Source of the DNA: Octopus vulgaris
Taxonomy: Eukaryota
Direction of reading: 5' to 3'
Assembly: GCA_951406725.2 (NCBI GenBank)
Contig: OX597818.1
Coordinates: forward strand, 96,038,001-96,102,000
DNA length: 64,000 nucleotides
Every line of letters begins with the position of its first letter. The stretch's first letter is position 1. Shown in pieces: positions 34,588-48,041 of the stretch. The notes beneath the pieces were generated by a model, which searched no databases, had not been told where the DNA came from, and saw nothing but the letters and a program-made list of their open reading frames with translations. The translations under genes were made by a program, and so were the position numbers.

Positions 34588-37490
34588 ATAATAAAAACAT
34601 TGTGTACAGTGTTCAGGTGCACTACAACTCATCTAAAGTGTATGTATAATCAGGTGTAGTTTCGGCGGATTTCAGAAAGCATGAAGGCCTTAAAGGATGC
34701 AGTGTCATGGCAGTCAACAACTGACGCAGGCAGTTTGTTCCATGCTTCAGCAACTCTGAGCATGAAAAAATGTTTCTGAAAGTCATGGGAGCTGTGTTGT
34801 TTTCTGACTTTGTAGGCATGTCCACGTGTGTTAGACACATGGAGATCAAAAAGGTGTTCAGTGTTGTTGTTGGTGAGGTGGTTGATAACTTTGTGGGTGT
34901 TTACCAAGTCCATCGCCAGACGCTGGAGCTTCAGTGAATCCATGCCCAGGGAAACAAGGCGCTCAGAGTATGGTAGGTGTCTGATGGAGGGTGTGCGTTT
35001 GGTTGCACGTCTCTGAACAGATTCCAGGAGGTCAATGTTCTGAGCAAGATAGGGGTTCCAAACTGATGATGCAAATTCCAAGTGTGGTCGTACCATAGCT
35101 GTATATAGTTTTAAATAGATGGCTGGAGAGCGGCTAACAAAAGTCTTGCTGAGTGATGCCAAGACACCCTCGGCCTTCTTGACAATTTTAGAGATATGCT
35201 TTTTCCAACGCAAATCACTGCTGACAGTGATGCCTAGGTCACGCTCTCAAGAGGATTTCTTGATATCAGTGTTGTGGAGGGAGTATGTGGACGCAGGGTT
35301 TTTTCCTCCCAAAATGCATGGTAGTACAATTGTCCACAGCCAGTTTCAGTTGCCAGTCTGTGATCCATTGCTGCATTGTGTCCATGTCTGATTGCAGGAA
35401 AGAGCTGTAGACAACAGGATCTGTCCTCTTGATTTCAAGGTACAGCTTGATGTCGTCTGCATATTTCAATACTGTGGCATTCTTTAAATTGGCATCTATG
35501 TCATTAATGTATGCCACAAACAAGAGGGGACCAAGGACAGATCCCTGTGGTACACCCGATGACATCTCATATGGTGTAGAATGCTGTCCTAGAACTGTGA
35601 CTACCTCTTTTCGGCTGAGAATGAAGGATTTCAACCAGTTAAAAAGATCATCCCTCACACCCATTGCAGAGAGTTTCACCATAAGCCTTTTGTGTGGCAC
35701 AGAGTTGAAAGCCTTAGCAAAGTCAAGGTAGACAACATCCACCCATGAGCCACTGTCAGTGATCTGAGTAATGTCCTCAAGGAACTCGACAAGCTGATCA
35801 CTGCAGCTGGAGTTAGGGACAAATCCATATTGTGAGGGTCGGATGAGACTGTGAGAGCTCCAGAAGTTCCAAAGTGTTTCTCTGACACACAATTCCATCA
35901 GTTTTGCAATACAGCTAGTGAGACTAACTGGGCGATAGTTGACAGGTGATGTGCGGTCGCCCTTTTTGAACAGAGGAATGACACTGGCAGTTTTCCACTG
36001 CTCCGGTGTAGCACCATTATTGAGACAGTACTGGAAAAAAATAGAAAGCTGGTGTAAAAGGAAGTACCTGCCACGTTTGAGAAGCAGGTATGTAACTCCA
36101 TCAAGACCAGGGGAGGCATAGTTGCGCTTATTTTGAAGGTGACGTCACAGCATTGCATAGTTGTTATGGAATTTGCTGTTAGAGATGGTGAAGATGGTAC
36201 ATTTTGATTTTCAACAGTGAATATGTTTGCATGGCACTCGGCAATGAGTTCTGCGCATTCCTTGGGATCGTCAGTGATCTGGTTTGTGTGAGGGTTGCGA
36301 AGAGGGCCCATTGGAGAGTGAGGTCTCTGCTTCGAATGCACATATTTCCAGAAAACCTTGCTGTCAGGATTGGCTGCTATGCACTGTTCAAATTCAAGCA
36401 CTGCTTTTTTTGTCACTTGCTTGAGATGGTTGGAAGATTTATTCCGCTTTTTCCTGTTGGTGTCTGATTTATGCAACTTGTATTCCCGTTCAGCAGTCCG
36501 ACGTTCCTTCCTGGCAAGTCGGACCGCTGAAGTTTCCCAAATTGCACTTTTGGGGCGGTTCTTCTTTTTCTGTTTATGTGGCATTGATGCTGCACATGCT
36601 GCCCATATTGATTCCAGGATACTCTGGAGTATAGTATTCACATCTCCAGAGTTGTAGAATTCACGCCAGTTTGGGCGCTGTAATTCAGTGTGGTACAAGT
36701 TCCAATCTGCTCTCTTCCAACCGAAGGAAGCAGATTAGAGATGGTTCAGGTTTTTGTTGTTGCCCGCAAGAGCCAGATTGGCGATGATCATAGCATGATC
36801 AGAGTCGCCTAGAGGTTCCTCCATAGTACAATTGATAACCGCTTCAGGGGTTGTGGTGAAGAGCAGGTCCAAGGTGTTGTCACCTCTTGTTGGAGAGGTG
36901 ACTACTTGTGACCAGTTTGAGTCCAGTACAAGCTCAACGAAATCGTTTGCACTCTGTGGCCAATGGAAGGTTTCCCAATTGATCTCAGGATGATTGAAAT
37001 CGCCTGCAATAAAAACATAAGTGGCTGTTTTCCTGGCAGCAGCTCGGAGGATATCGCAAAGCTGTGTGTCATGATGATAATTTGGGGGATGATAAACAAC
37101 GCCAAGCAGGAGTGTTGATATGGTCATACGTACGTCACAGAAAAAAACTTCTTCTTGTGATTCGTTCAAATCGGTACAAGGAATTACCGAAAAATTTGAA
37201 CGAACGTAGACCATCACACCACCACCACGGCGGTTAATGTGGTCCTTGCGGAAGAGGTTGTACCCAGTAATGTTGAAAACCCCATCACAGAGTAAGGAAT
37301 GTGCCCATGTTTCCGTGACAGTGATGAAGTCAGGGTCAATACTTCTGACGTAGGAGTTGAACAAATGTATTTTGTTGCATAAACTGCGAGCATTTAAGAA
37401 CAACAATTTGTACCTTGCTTGCAGTTTATGATGGTGTGTAGAGGATGGCAGGTTGTTCTGGTTTAGTTTCCCTGAGTTGCTGTAGTTTTT
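34588..37490 (-). mobile_element. CR1-type LINE, near-complete ORF2 (APE + RT) with frameshifts; last codons of ORF1 retained
   Basis: APE motifs FLNARSL, VTETW, GGGV, AGDFN, PTRGDNTLDL, SDH; RT motifs YLDFAKAF, GVPQGSVLGP, YADD, RPHLEFASSVWNP, NTRGH; AT-rich tail near 34588. Confidence 0.93.
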
Positions 37491-38799
37491 TTTTATATAA
37501 ATACACACACACACACACATATATGCTGTGTGTTTAAGTTTTGCTTCCTCTTCTTGACATTGTGCAACAGTTGTGTGCTTTTGTCATACAAGTGTTGTCA
37601 TTTGTTTCTCAATTTTGTGTGAAAGCATCTAGCCATGGGAAAATATTACCTTCTTTGGAAATAAGTCAGCGTTGGCATAAGGAAGGGCATCCAGCCTGAG
37701 AAAATCTGTCTCAACAAATTCTGTGTGATCCATGCAAGCATTGAAAATGTATGTTCAAGTGATGATAATACATATATGTATGTTTATTTGTGCAAATTAA
37801 CCCCTTTTTCGCTTACCCTAGTTAATGAATATTTGGTGTTACCTCTGTCAGTACTGTAGCAGATTTTGCATTTTACTTTCAAATCTAATGTGTTGTGATG
37901 GAAGTCCATACTGCACTTTAAACAATCGATTTAAGTGTTGTTTGAATATTTTGTTATTTACTATATGCTTATATGGTTAATGGAAGGAAAACTATTGAAC
38001 AGCAGTGGTTTCTTAAACCCCTAGTGACTATTCCAATTCTGGAAATGATTTTACAACTAGTTTTGTATTTATACAACTATAAAATATTTAATGCCATTCC
38101 AATTTCTGCATCTCAAATTTGCTCCAGTTTATACAGTCTTGATCCTTTAAGTATGAAATTAAATTTCAGCGTTATTTCTGGAATGATGTTAAATATTTAC
38201 CAAAAACTAGAATTGATATTTTCTGTACGTCATGTTGGCTCAATAGAATTGACATATCTCAACAAAAAATATGTTCAAACATGATATACCATTTATTCTG
38301 GTATATAAAACTGCTTCCCACTTTAATGAAATTTGAGTGGATATATCTGATTTCTTCAGTAAGGAGGTCAAGTTTCTAACGTCTCCCAAGTAGCTCAGCT
38401 GGTACTTTAAAAAAATCTTTTGTGTTGAACTGTGGAATTCTCTTTAATAATCTCTACACGATTAAGTGCCTAAAATCAACATCACTGGGAATACATTCCT
38501 TTAACTGGTTCTGCATAACTCCTGGTTCATTTGTTCTCAGGATCCAGTTTGCTATTTGTTGCAGTATATTAATATGCACACGAAATGAAGCTTCTTAGTA
38601 TTCATTATAATTCCCTGGTTTCATTTATAAAAACAGTAGCAGGCATGGCTGTGGGATTAAGAAGTTCACCTTCCAAGATTATGGTTTAGAGTTTAGTCTC
38701 ATAGCACAACATCCGAAGTGTTTTTTGTAATAACCCTAGGTTGATCAAAGCTTTGCGAGTGGATTTGGTTGATGGAAAATGGAAGCCCATTGTATATGT

Positions 38800-39245
38800 A
38801 TATATGGGGCCATTGACAGTGTCACATAATTGGCAACTGTGCCAGTGGCACATAAAAAGCAGCTTTTGAGCATTGACCCTCACAGAGACAATGTAGCTGA
38901 TGCTGGTGTTGAAGAACTAGCAACCATGTCAGTGGCACATAAAAAGCACTGGGCCTCACAGAGTTAATGACAAATGACTGAGACCTTTGGCAATATGCTG
39001 CGCTTCAGATGGAAGAGCCATCAAAACAGAGTGAAATCATAGTCATGCAACTGGCACCCATGCTGATGACATGTAAAACTACTCATTACACTCTCAGAGT
39101 GGTTGGCATTAGGAAGAGCATTCAGCTGTAGAAACCATGCCAAATCAGACTGGAATCTGATGCAACCCCTCAGCTTACCAGCCCTGGTCAAACCGTCCAA
39201 CCCATGTCAGCACTGACAATGGATGTTAAATGATGATGATGTTGA
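38800..39245 (+). mobile_element. RTE 3' UTR/tail fragment
   Basis: gccagtggcacataaaaagca repeats and tail gagtggttggcattaggaagagc...gttaaatgatgatgat, homologous to 32330-32485. Confidence 0.75.
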
Positions 39246-39609
39246 TTATAAATATGTATGTATATATATTTATTATATATGTATTGGTAAAGACGCCCTT
39301 CGGTCATGAATGACCTTGGGATTGGACCTATTAAGTTCTATTCTGAGGCTCAGGTCTGGGCAAGGAAGACTGAGCAGTCATCCATGCATATCAGTCTCCC
39401 CTCTTCACACCACTGATGTTGTCCAAGGGAAAGGATGATAAAGTTTGGGAACTGTGATGTTGCATCTCATTTCCACAGGTGAGTGAACAGGAGCAATGTG
39501 AAATAAAGTGTCTTGCTCAAGAACACAACTCAGAGCATGGTCTGAGAATCAATCTTACAACCTCATGATTGTAAGCCCAATACTCTAACCACTGAGAAAG
39601 CACCTTCAC

Positions 39610-39656
<47 letters not shown>

Positions 39657-40409
39657 AGAGAAAACCTCTATTAAGCAATTCATTAGTGGAAGACGTTATT
39701 CACACCATATAGAAAAAATAAATATACTATAAAAACCTTATTCTAAAAATCAATAAAGTACATAAGCAATAAATAGTAAATAGTAGTAAAATTATATACA
39801 TATATCATATATTGTGAAATTTGATTTAGAATTACTGAATTGAATTTTTCCCTGTAAGTTTGGAATTATATTCCCTAATATTATATATATATATATATGT
39901 GCGTGTGTGTTAGTGTCACTTTGCCTTGACATTGTGCGATAAGTATATTTGAATTGTGTTGTTCATTTGTAGCCGTCCATGGAAACGTGTGTGTGTGTGT
40001 GTATGTGTGTGTGTGGAGGCATTGTTGGTGTCACATAACTGGCATCAGTGCCAATGGCACATAAAAAGCAGCTTTCAAGCATTGGGCTATAGGGAAATAT
40101 TACCATGCTTGGAAATAGGTGAATGTTGGCTAGATGAAGGGCAACCGGTTATATAAACAGTTATAGAATATTGGATGTTAAAAACAAAAGCATAAATGAA
40201 AACAATTAACACTGAGCAATATGCCTAGGTTTTCTGGAAGTGTCCTTCTGGTGTGAAGTCTTTTCTGAAAGAGGGATATATATGCACAACTTGGTTTCTT
40301 ACAAAAGCCATACAAGGAGGTCTAAATCATTGTAACCTGTAGTTTAATGTTTCATGTTTTACTTTGTTAAAAACCTTTGCAAAGTCTAGGCTTATATTCT
40401 TTCTTTTGT

Positions 40410-40608
40410 TCTTTTACTTGTTTCAGTCATTTGACTGTGGCCATGCTGGAGCGCCGCCTTCAGTCGAGCTAATCAACCCCAGGACTTATTCTTTGTAAGC
40501 CTAGTACTTATTCTATCAGTCCATTTTGCCGAACCACTAAGTTACGAGCACATAAACACACCAGCATCAGTTGCCATGCCATGGGGGGACAAAGAGAGAC
40601 ACACAAAC

Positions 40609-40641
<33 letters not shown>

Positions 40642-40804
40642 CGATGGGCTTCTTTCAGTTTCCGTCTACCAAATCCACTCACAAGGCTTTGGTCGGCCTG
40701 AGGCTATAGTAGAAGACACTTGCCCAAGGTGCCACACAATGGAACTGAACCCGGAAGCATGTGGTTGGTAAGCAAGCTACTTACCACACAGCCACTCCTA
40801 CGCC
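40410..40804 (-). mobile_element. Full-length tRNA-derived SINE (OR2-like)
   Basis: Reverse complement of 42835-43229; A and B boxes in the head. Confidence 0.85.
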
Positions 40805-41603
40805 TTATACGCAGTATTGGTTTAACAGACTGAGAAGATGTGTTGATGTTCTAATGTTCAGTAATTGTCCTAGCTGGGGAATGGCTACATCATTATGCTG
40901 AGTCACTGTCCTCTCTGAGCATAATCAATTTTCCTTCTGTAAATTGATTTTATGCAGATATGTGAAGTTAGAGAGAGAATGCATGTAATTTTTAGTCTAT
41001 ATTCTACTGGCTCACTTATAGATAATACATATATGCTTTTTTTCAGAGCTTACCATATCCAAGGGAATTCATAAGCTTGTGTATCATATACATATAAATA
41101 TATATTCCTTTTTCCATTGTTTCTTGCTATACTTCTGTGTTATTCTTTGAACTACCACATTCTTAAGATTACAAAACTGTTCCTCTCATCTTTTCCCAAT
41201 CCTCAAACCCCAGCCTAATATCATCACACGCTCTTGACACAGGGGCTGCTTTAAGCTCTTAGTCTTGTAGGTTGCAATGCAACCACACTGGTGCTAGTAC
41301 TGTGAGAAAAAGCACCCAGTACAGCCTGTAAAATGGTTGGCATAAGGAAGGGCTTCAAGCCATAGAAATCATGTCAAAACTGCCTTGAAAGACACTAGAG
41401 CTTGACAGTTTTCTAACTTACTGCATCCTGTAAGGGCTTCAAGCCATAGAAACCATATCAAAATAGACAGGATCCTGCAAAGGCTTCCAGCCATAGAAAC
41501 CATACCAAAGTAGACAGACACCAGAGCTTGACAGTTCTCTTACTGGATCCTGTCAAACTGTTCATTGCATGCAAGTATGGAAGGTAGGTATGAAATGATA
41601 ATA

Positions 41604-41970
41604 TCTCTATATATATAAACGGCAAAATGTCTGTCTGTGAGTGTGTCCTTTATACAAATCCACAATTTTTCAGTTAGAGGCTTGCACTTTCTATGGTCAT
41701 TCAAAACCGTCCAAGGGTGGTTGTACAGATCTTTACATTTCCCTAGTCACACTGCAAAGCCATTAAAAAATCAATAGAAGTGACTTTTTTGTGAATTTTC
41801 GATCCAAAACCCAATCAAAATGCCTGAAATTTGATACGCCAATTGAATGCCAGCTAGCTGTATGTGATTGGTCAGAGCTTTGGACAGTACTCGCGTGTAT
41901 GTGTGCACGTACGCAGCTGTATATGCATGCACTAGTTCTATGACCTGACGTTGCCGGGTCATAGTGCTAG
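41604..41970 (+). mobile_element. Complete non-autonomous Helitron (367 bp)
   Basis: A|TCTCTATATATATAAA to hairpin and CTAG|T; inserted between A and T with no TSD. Confidence 0.88.
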
Positions 41971-42384
41971 TATTCACATAAAAAAATACACATAAATAAA
42001 TGTGGTAATCATAAATACATTGAATAGTATAGTTGGATAACTGAAAATGTATCACAGGATACATCTTGTTTTTAACTGTTTCAAACGTTTTTTTATGAAC
42101 GATAAACATCATCATCATTGTTTTAGTGTACACCCTTCCATGCTTGCATGGGTCAGATGGAATCTGGTGTTGCAGATTTTTTCATGACAGGATACCCTCT
42201 TTTCACCAATCTTTACTTGTTTCCAAGCAATTTAGTATTTCTCCATGACAAGACATGTGAGTGTGTCCTTTATACAAATCCACAATTTTTCAGTTAGAGG
42301 CTTGCACTTTCTATAGAAAATGACAAAATGAATGACATTGCTTGTATGACAATGACACACACACACACATATATATATAGATGC

Positions 42385-42553
42385 AAGAATGAGTGAGTAG
42401 TTAAGAAGTTCCCTTCACAACTATGTGGTTTTAGGTTCCATCCCAAAGCGAAGCACCTTGGGCCAGTACCTTCTACTACACCCCTGGGCCAATCAAAGCC
42501 TTGTGAGTGAATTTGATAGACAAAAACTGTGTGGAAGCTCATTGCATATGTGC

Positions 42554-42608
<55 letters not shown>

Positions 42609-42815
42609 TGTAGGTATGTATGTGTGTGTGCTTGTCTCCACCACTGCATGACAACTGGTATTAGTTTGTTTACATTTCCATAACTTAGTGGTTTGGCAAA
42701 AGAGACCGAAACAATAAGTATCAGATTTAAAAATAAGAATTGGGGTTGATTTATTTGATTAAACCTTTCAAGGCAGTGCTTCAGCATAGCCACCATCAAA
42801 TGAGGAAAAGATAAA
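42385..42815 (+). mobile_element. Older OR2-like SINE
   Basis: Diverged colinear copy of 42835-43229. Confidence 0.75.
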
Positions 42816-42834
42816 AGTCTAATATATATATATA

Positions 42835-43229
42835 GGCACAGGAGTGGCTGTGTGGTAAGTAGCTTGCTTATGAACCACATGGTTCCAGGTTCATTCCCAC
42901 TGCGTGGTACCTTGGGCAAATGTCTTCTACTATAGCCTCAGGCCGACTAAAGCCTTGTGAGTGGATTTGATAGACGGAAACTGAAAGAAGCCTATCGTAT
43001 ATATGTATATATATATGTGTGTATATGTTTGTGTGTCTGTGTTTGTCCCCCCAACATTGCTTGACAACCGATGGTGGTGTGTTTACATCCCCGTAACTTA
43101 ATGGTTCAGCAAAAGAGTTCGATAGAATAAGTACTAGGCTTCCAAAGAATAAGTCCTGGGCTTGATTTGCTTGACTAAAGGTGGTGCTCCAGCATGGCTG
43201 CAGTCAAATGACTGAAACAAGTAAAAGAG
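42835..43229 (+). mobile_element. Full-length tRNA-derived SINE (OR2-like)
   Basis: Head ggcacaggagtggctgtgtggtaag...ggttcattccc, body accttgggcaaatgtcttctactatagc, internal TA microsatellite, tail aaatgactgaaacaagtaaaagag. Confidence 0.88.
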
Positions 43230-43393
43230 TATATGGTGACACTAAACAAACCGGGTATTTCCATACCTTTACACTATATGAGAGATACTTTCTCCTTGGT
43301 AACTGCTGTGACTTTGCCTTTAGCAGTTGAAATATGTCACAAACATATTTTAACTAACCTAAATTTTACACACACACACATATATATCTATAT

Positions 43394-43629
43394 GGAGGCG
43401 TGTGGCTTAGTGGTTAGGGTGTCAGCATCATGATCGTAAGATTGTGGTTTCGATTCCTGGACCGGGTGACGCGTTGTGTTCTTGAGCAAAGCACTTCATT
43501 TAATGTTGCTCTTGTCCACTCAGCTGGCAAAAATGAGTAACACTGTGATGGACTGGCATCCCATCCAGCTGGGGAACACATATACCATAGAAACTGGCTA
43601 GGCTTTAAAAGGGCGCATTTATTTATTTA
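43394..43629 (+). mobile_element. tRNA-derived SINE
   Basis: A box tggcttagtgg, B box ggtttcgattcc, (ATTT)n tail. Confidence 0.8.
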
Positions 43630-44375
43630 TATATATATAGGCTTCTTTCACACTATAACAAATACAAACAAATGTTCATAAAAAATTTCAACACAGCTAA
43701 AAACGATATATTGTGTAATACATTTTAAATCTATCATTTTAAATCGTTTTAATGCTCATTTTTTCCATGCTTGCATGATTCATACAAGACTTGTGGCAGA
43801 TTTTTCTACAGTTGGATGCTCTTCCTGTCACCAACCATCATGTTTACAAGAAAGGTAATGTTTCCCACAGTCCTTGAAAAAACGAACAGTTGGTTAGCTG
43901 AACCATGCTTTCACAGAGGAGTGTGAACAAGTGTTTGTATGACAGTAAATTTTGTTTGCAATTAGCATGCACATCAAGATAATGGAGAAAACACCTATAT
44001 AAGACATAGGTGCAAGCATGGGTATGTGGTTGAGAAGCTTGCTTGTCAACCATATGGTCTTAGTTATAGCCTTGTGGATGTATGTATGAAAACTAGAAGG
44101 CCATCATATATATATATATATATCAACAGATGAAATCCAGAGGTTCTTAGTACAGAAAACAGTAGCACTCAAATGAATCAATCTTAGACTCTGATGTCTT
44201 TACAAGGGACCAATTCCACAAGGTAAAGAGGAGCTATAAGAGGAATCTAGGTGAGCAGATATGGAGGCAATTATGCAGATAAACAAATTATATATAACAG
44301 CTTGGGTTTGATATATAATTGCATATATATATATATAAAGTACATAATTAATGATCATTTGTTTAAAATTCTAAA

Positions 44376-44808
44376 TCTATACATATAAAGCTGAAGTTGT
44401 CTGTGTGTGTGTGTGGCAGGTTTGGTAGCCTTCAACTAACACTATTTCCTCCGAGACCCTGCGCCGCAAGTTGACCAAAATTGAGAGTATGATAGAAGAA
44501 GGCTTGCTCTTCATTCCGTAGATGAAAAAATTCAAATCGGACCATGTTAAAACCAAAAATTATTTACATCAAAAAGGTGCTTTTTTTCTACGAAAATCCC
44601 TATTTTTTACGATATTTTGACTGCTGTGTCGCCATTTTTCGGTGTATTTCAACCAGAAAAATGCTCACTTAAAGAGAAAACAAAGCTATATAATGCGAAA
44701 TTTTTACTTTTCAAAAAAGATTGAAACTATGTCAAAACTTTGTTAATGCCACATCAAAGTCTGCTGTTTTAAGCGCAACTAAAAAACAAACCCAAGCAAC
44801 ACTGCTAG
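44376..44808 (+). mobile_element. Non-autonomous Helitron (different family)
   Basis: A|TCTATACATATAAAG start; ends cccaagcaacactgCTAG|T with a partly deleted hairpin. Confidence 0.75.
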
Positions 44809-44869
44809 TTTTAAATAAAGCTGTTGTAAATTAAATTACAAGACGGTCACTAAATTATATACCAACCCA

Positions 44870-44900
<31 letters not shown>

Positions 44901-45288
44901 CATGTTTTGTAATATGATGGTTTTGAACAACATCACCCTCAAATGATATTGTCCTGTGAAAAATATGTCTGTTCATGGAGAAATATTACCTTACTTGGAA
45001 GCAGATGAGGGTTGGCAACTGGAAGGGCATGTAGCCACCAAAAATTCACTTCAACAAATCCTATTTGATCTGTGCAAGCATGGAAAGGTGGATGTTTACC
45101 ATTACAACAGATGTGATAAGAGAATAGAAAAAAAATATTGGTATAAAATTGCCAGTAAATCAGGATAAAAATACCTTGTATTTATTTTTCCCCAGTTCAC
45201 ATAGAAACCCTGATTGTTGGTCTTGTAACTGGGAATGCAGTAAAGCAGGTGATTGCAGAAAGTGCACGATATAAATTAAAAATATAGA

Positions 45289-45327
<39 letters not shown>

Positions 45328-45389
45328 CACACATATACATTTATGAATTTGTGTTGCAAGATTCCTGATGTGAAACTGTGTTAAAATAG

Positions 45390-45618
45390 ATACTGTATTT
45401 CGGGATGGTATCTTTTTTTTTTCGTTTTTTTTTGCCAAATAGAACAGAATGGACTAAGCGAAGCAGGAGCACACACGAGGATGGAAAATTCCACGAAAGA
45501 TTTCCAGACAATGGACATGAGTTAAAATAACAGTAATAAACGAGTGAAGAACGAATATATAGTGTGTGTGTTTATTTGGCAAGAAAGAAAAAAAAAAGAC
45601 TATCCCAAAATACAGTAT
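45390..45618. mobile_element. MITE-like element with imperfect TIRs of about 50 bp
   Basis: atactgtatttcgggatgg...ttgccaaata is the inverse of tatttggcaa...ctatcccaaaatacagtat. Confidence 0.65.
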
Positions 45619-46237
45619 ATATATATCCTAGACAATTTCTAATCAGTTTCACTCTTTTCACGCTTGTCAACTGTAGCTTGTACTCTGGAAATGTACTAAC
45701 AACCTAAACAATACATATATATGTATATATCCACACACACACAACACTGAAATTCATATATATATACCTTCAGTGTTAACTGTCAAAGAAAAGAGTACTC
45801 AATACCATATTAGAGATTAATGATATATATTACTTTGGCTGAATCACTCATGGGTGCACAGGGTCTTGAGGCAAGTTATAATGTAATAACTTACCTGAAG
45901 ATCCTATGCACCAACAGGTGAAACTCAGAATAGCAAGAAACTCGCTCAACCAAAATTACATATACACATACATAGAGTTCGAAATTGTACAAAAAAAAAA
46001 AATTAAAGCTGACAGCCGACCAAAGATTTGTGAGTGGATTTGGGAAACTGAAAGAAGCCTTTCATAAGTATGTGTGTTTGTCTCCCACCCCCACTGCTGG
46101 TGTGTTTAACTGTGGTTTGAAAAAAGATACTGATTGAATAAGTACTAGGCATAAAAAAAAAAAATCAGTCCTGGGGTCAATTTGTTTGACTAAAACTTTT
46201 GAAGGCAGTGCCCCAGCCTAGCCAAATGACTGAAACA

Positions 46238-46274
<37 letters not shown>

Positions 46275-47840
46275 GATAAACAAAAGAAAGTGATGAAGGA
46301 CAGAGGTTATATGCCCCAACATCTATTCAGAGACCAATCATAAATTTATATTATCTCACTGAAACATTACCTGGGGAAGCAACATTAATCTCTGTTCACA
46401 ACTGGACAATCTGAATTTAAATAAACGTCTGCTTCCCAGGCACATGATTTCAGGTTCAGTCCCATTGAATGGCACCTTGGAGCAACAGGTGAGATCAAGA
46501 GATGCTCAGTTTAGAAAACATGTAGTGCTTGAGTCTTTATCAATGCCTAGGTCCAAGAGGTAAAGGGAAATCCAAGTGAGCTCATATGGAGATAGTGATG
46601 GAAATAAACATGATTTGGCATGATACACACTCATATATATATATAAAACATACATATGTATGTAAATATATACATAAAATTATGTGTTCTCTTAGTTTTC
46701 TATATTTTTTTGTACTCCGTGTTAAAAGTAAATTTGTTAATATACATAAATATCTATATAGTACATATGTATTTAACTTCTGAAAATATTTAGCTTTTGT
46801 ATCTATATCATGCTGATCTGCATCACTGTCTTCTGTAATATATATTCTGTGTGTGTGTGTGCACGCGCACATGACCATGTCTTGACATTGTATTTACTCC
46901 TTCATACAAGTTCATTTTCAGTCTTCTGTGGAAACCAATGAGGCTGGTTACATGGAAGGTATCTGTCTGATCCATGTAGGAACGGAAAAGTGGAGGTTAG
47001 AACAATAGTGACAGTGAAGATGTTATCTGGCAGCTCACTGCCTTGAGTGAACTATCAATTCCCATGGATTGTTTTGCTTAACATTGTTGTAACACACTGA
47101 AAATATCTATCACTATACATATATATATATATATGTATACATACATATACAAACACAAACATGTAAATACACATACACACTCTTAGCCAGGAGTGTGCTA
47201 GGTCACGGTATAAACCATACATGACAAACCTTGAGTGGATTTGCTAGATAGAAACTGAAACAAACCAATATGTATGCATGCACATATATATATATATTAT
47301 ATATACACACATGTGTGTGTCCTTTGTCTTGACGTCATGCAAGTTGTATATGAGCATCACGTTCACACAAATGGTGCTGTTCATTTTCAATCTTCTGTGA
47401 GAAAAAAATTCTTTACTTCGAAACAGGTGGAGGATGTTAACAGGAAGAGCATCCAGCCATAAAAAAATCTGCAATAAATTCCATTTAACTCATGTAAGTA
47501 TGGAATAATGGACATTAAAATGATGATAATATGCTTACTAATGTTGAATTATCTATCACCATGAATCATTTGGCTCAATACTAACATACTGAAAATATTT
47601 AGCTCTACAGTTGAATTTAATGCTGAGTTCTTGGTTATCAACGATTTAACCCTTTTACTGTATAAACCAGATACATCTAATCAAAAATTGTATTACTCTT
47701 AACTGCAGGAAGAAATTTTATATACCAGTATATCTTTTGTTAAGGAATATCATGTTTTAAACTATATTTGTTGAGTTATGACAAGTTTACTGAGGCAACT
47801 TATAGAAAAATACCAACTCTACTTTTCAGTAGATATTTAA

Positions 47841-48041
47841 CCCATTAGCACTTAAACTGGCCATATGCAGCCCGAATATATTCTACCTGACAAGCCAGAT
47901 CTGGCCTCTCACATTTATTATTATTCTTCTAAAAATAAATGATCACATCATTGAAATCTTGAAGCTTCAAGATAATGCACAATTAAAATAATGTGAATAA
48001 ATAAGCATTGCATTTGACAGAATAATCTAAATGCTAAGGGG
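47841..48041 (+). mobile_element. piggyBac-like MITE (TTAA TSD)
   Basis: TTAA|cccattagca ... tgctaagggg|TTAA. Confidence 0.75.

Noticed and set aside
42835-42905. tRNA genes (also the heads at 43394 and 23038)
   Set aside because: A/B boxes are present but continue into SINE bodies and no complete cloverleaf is evident
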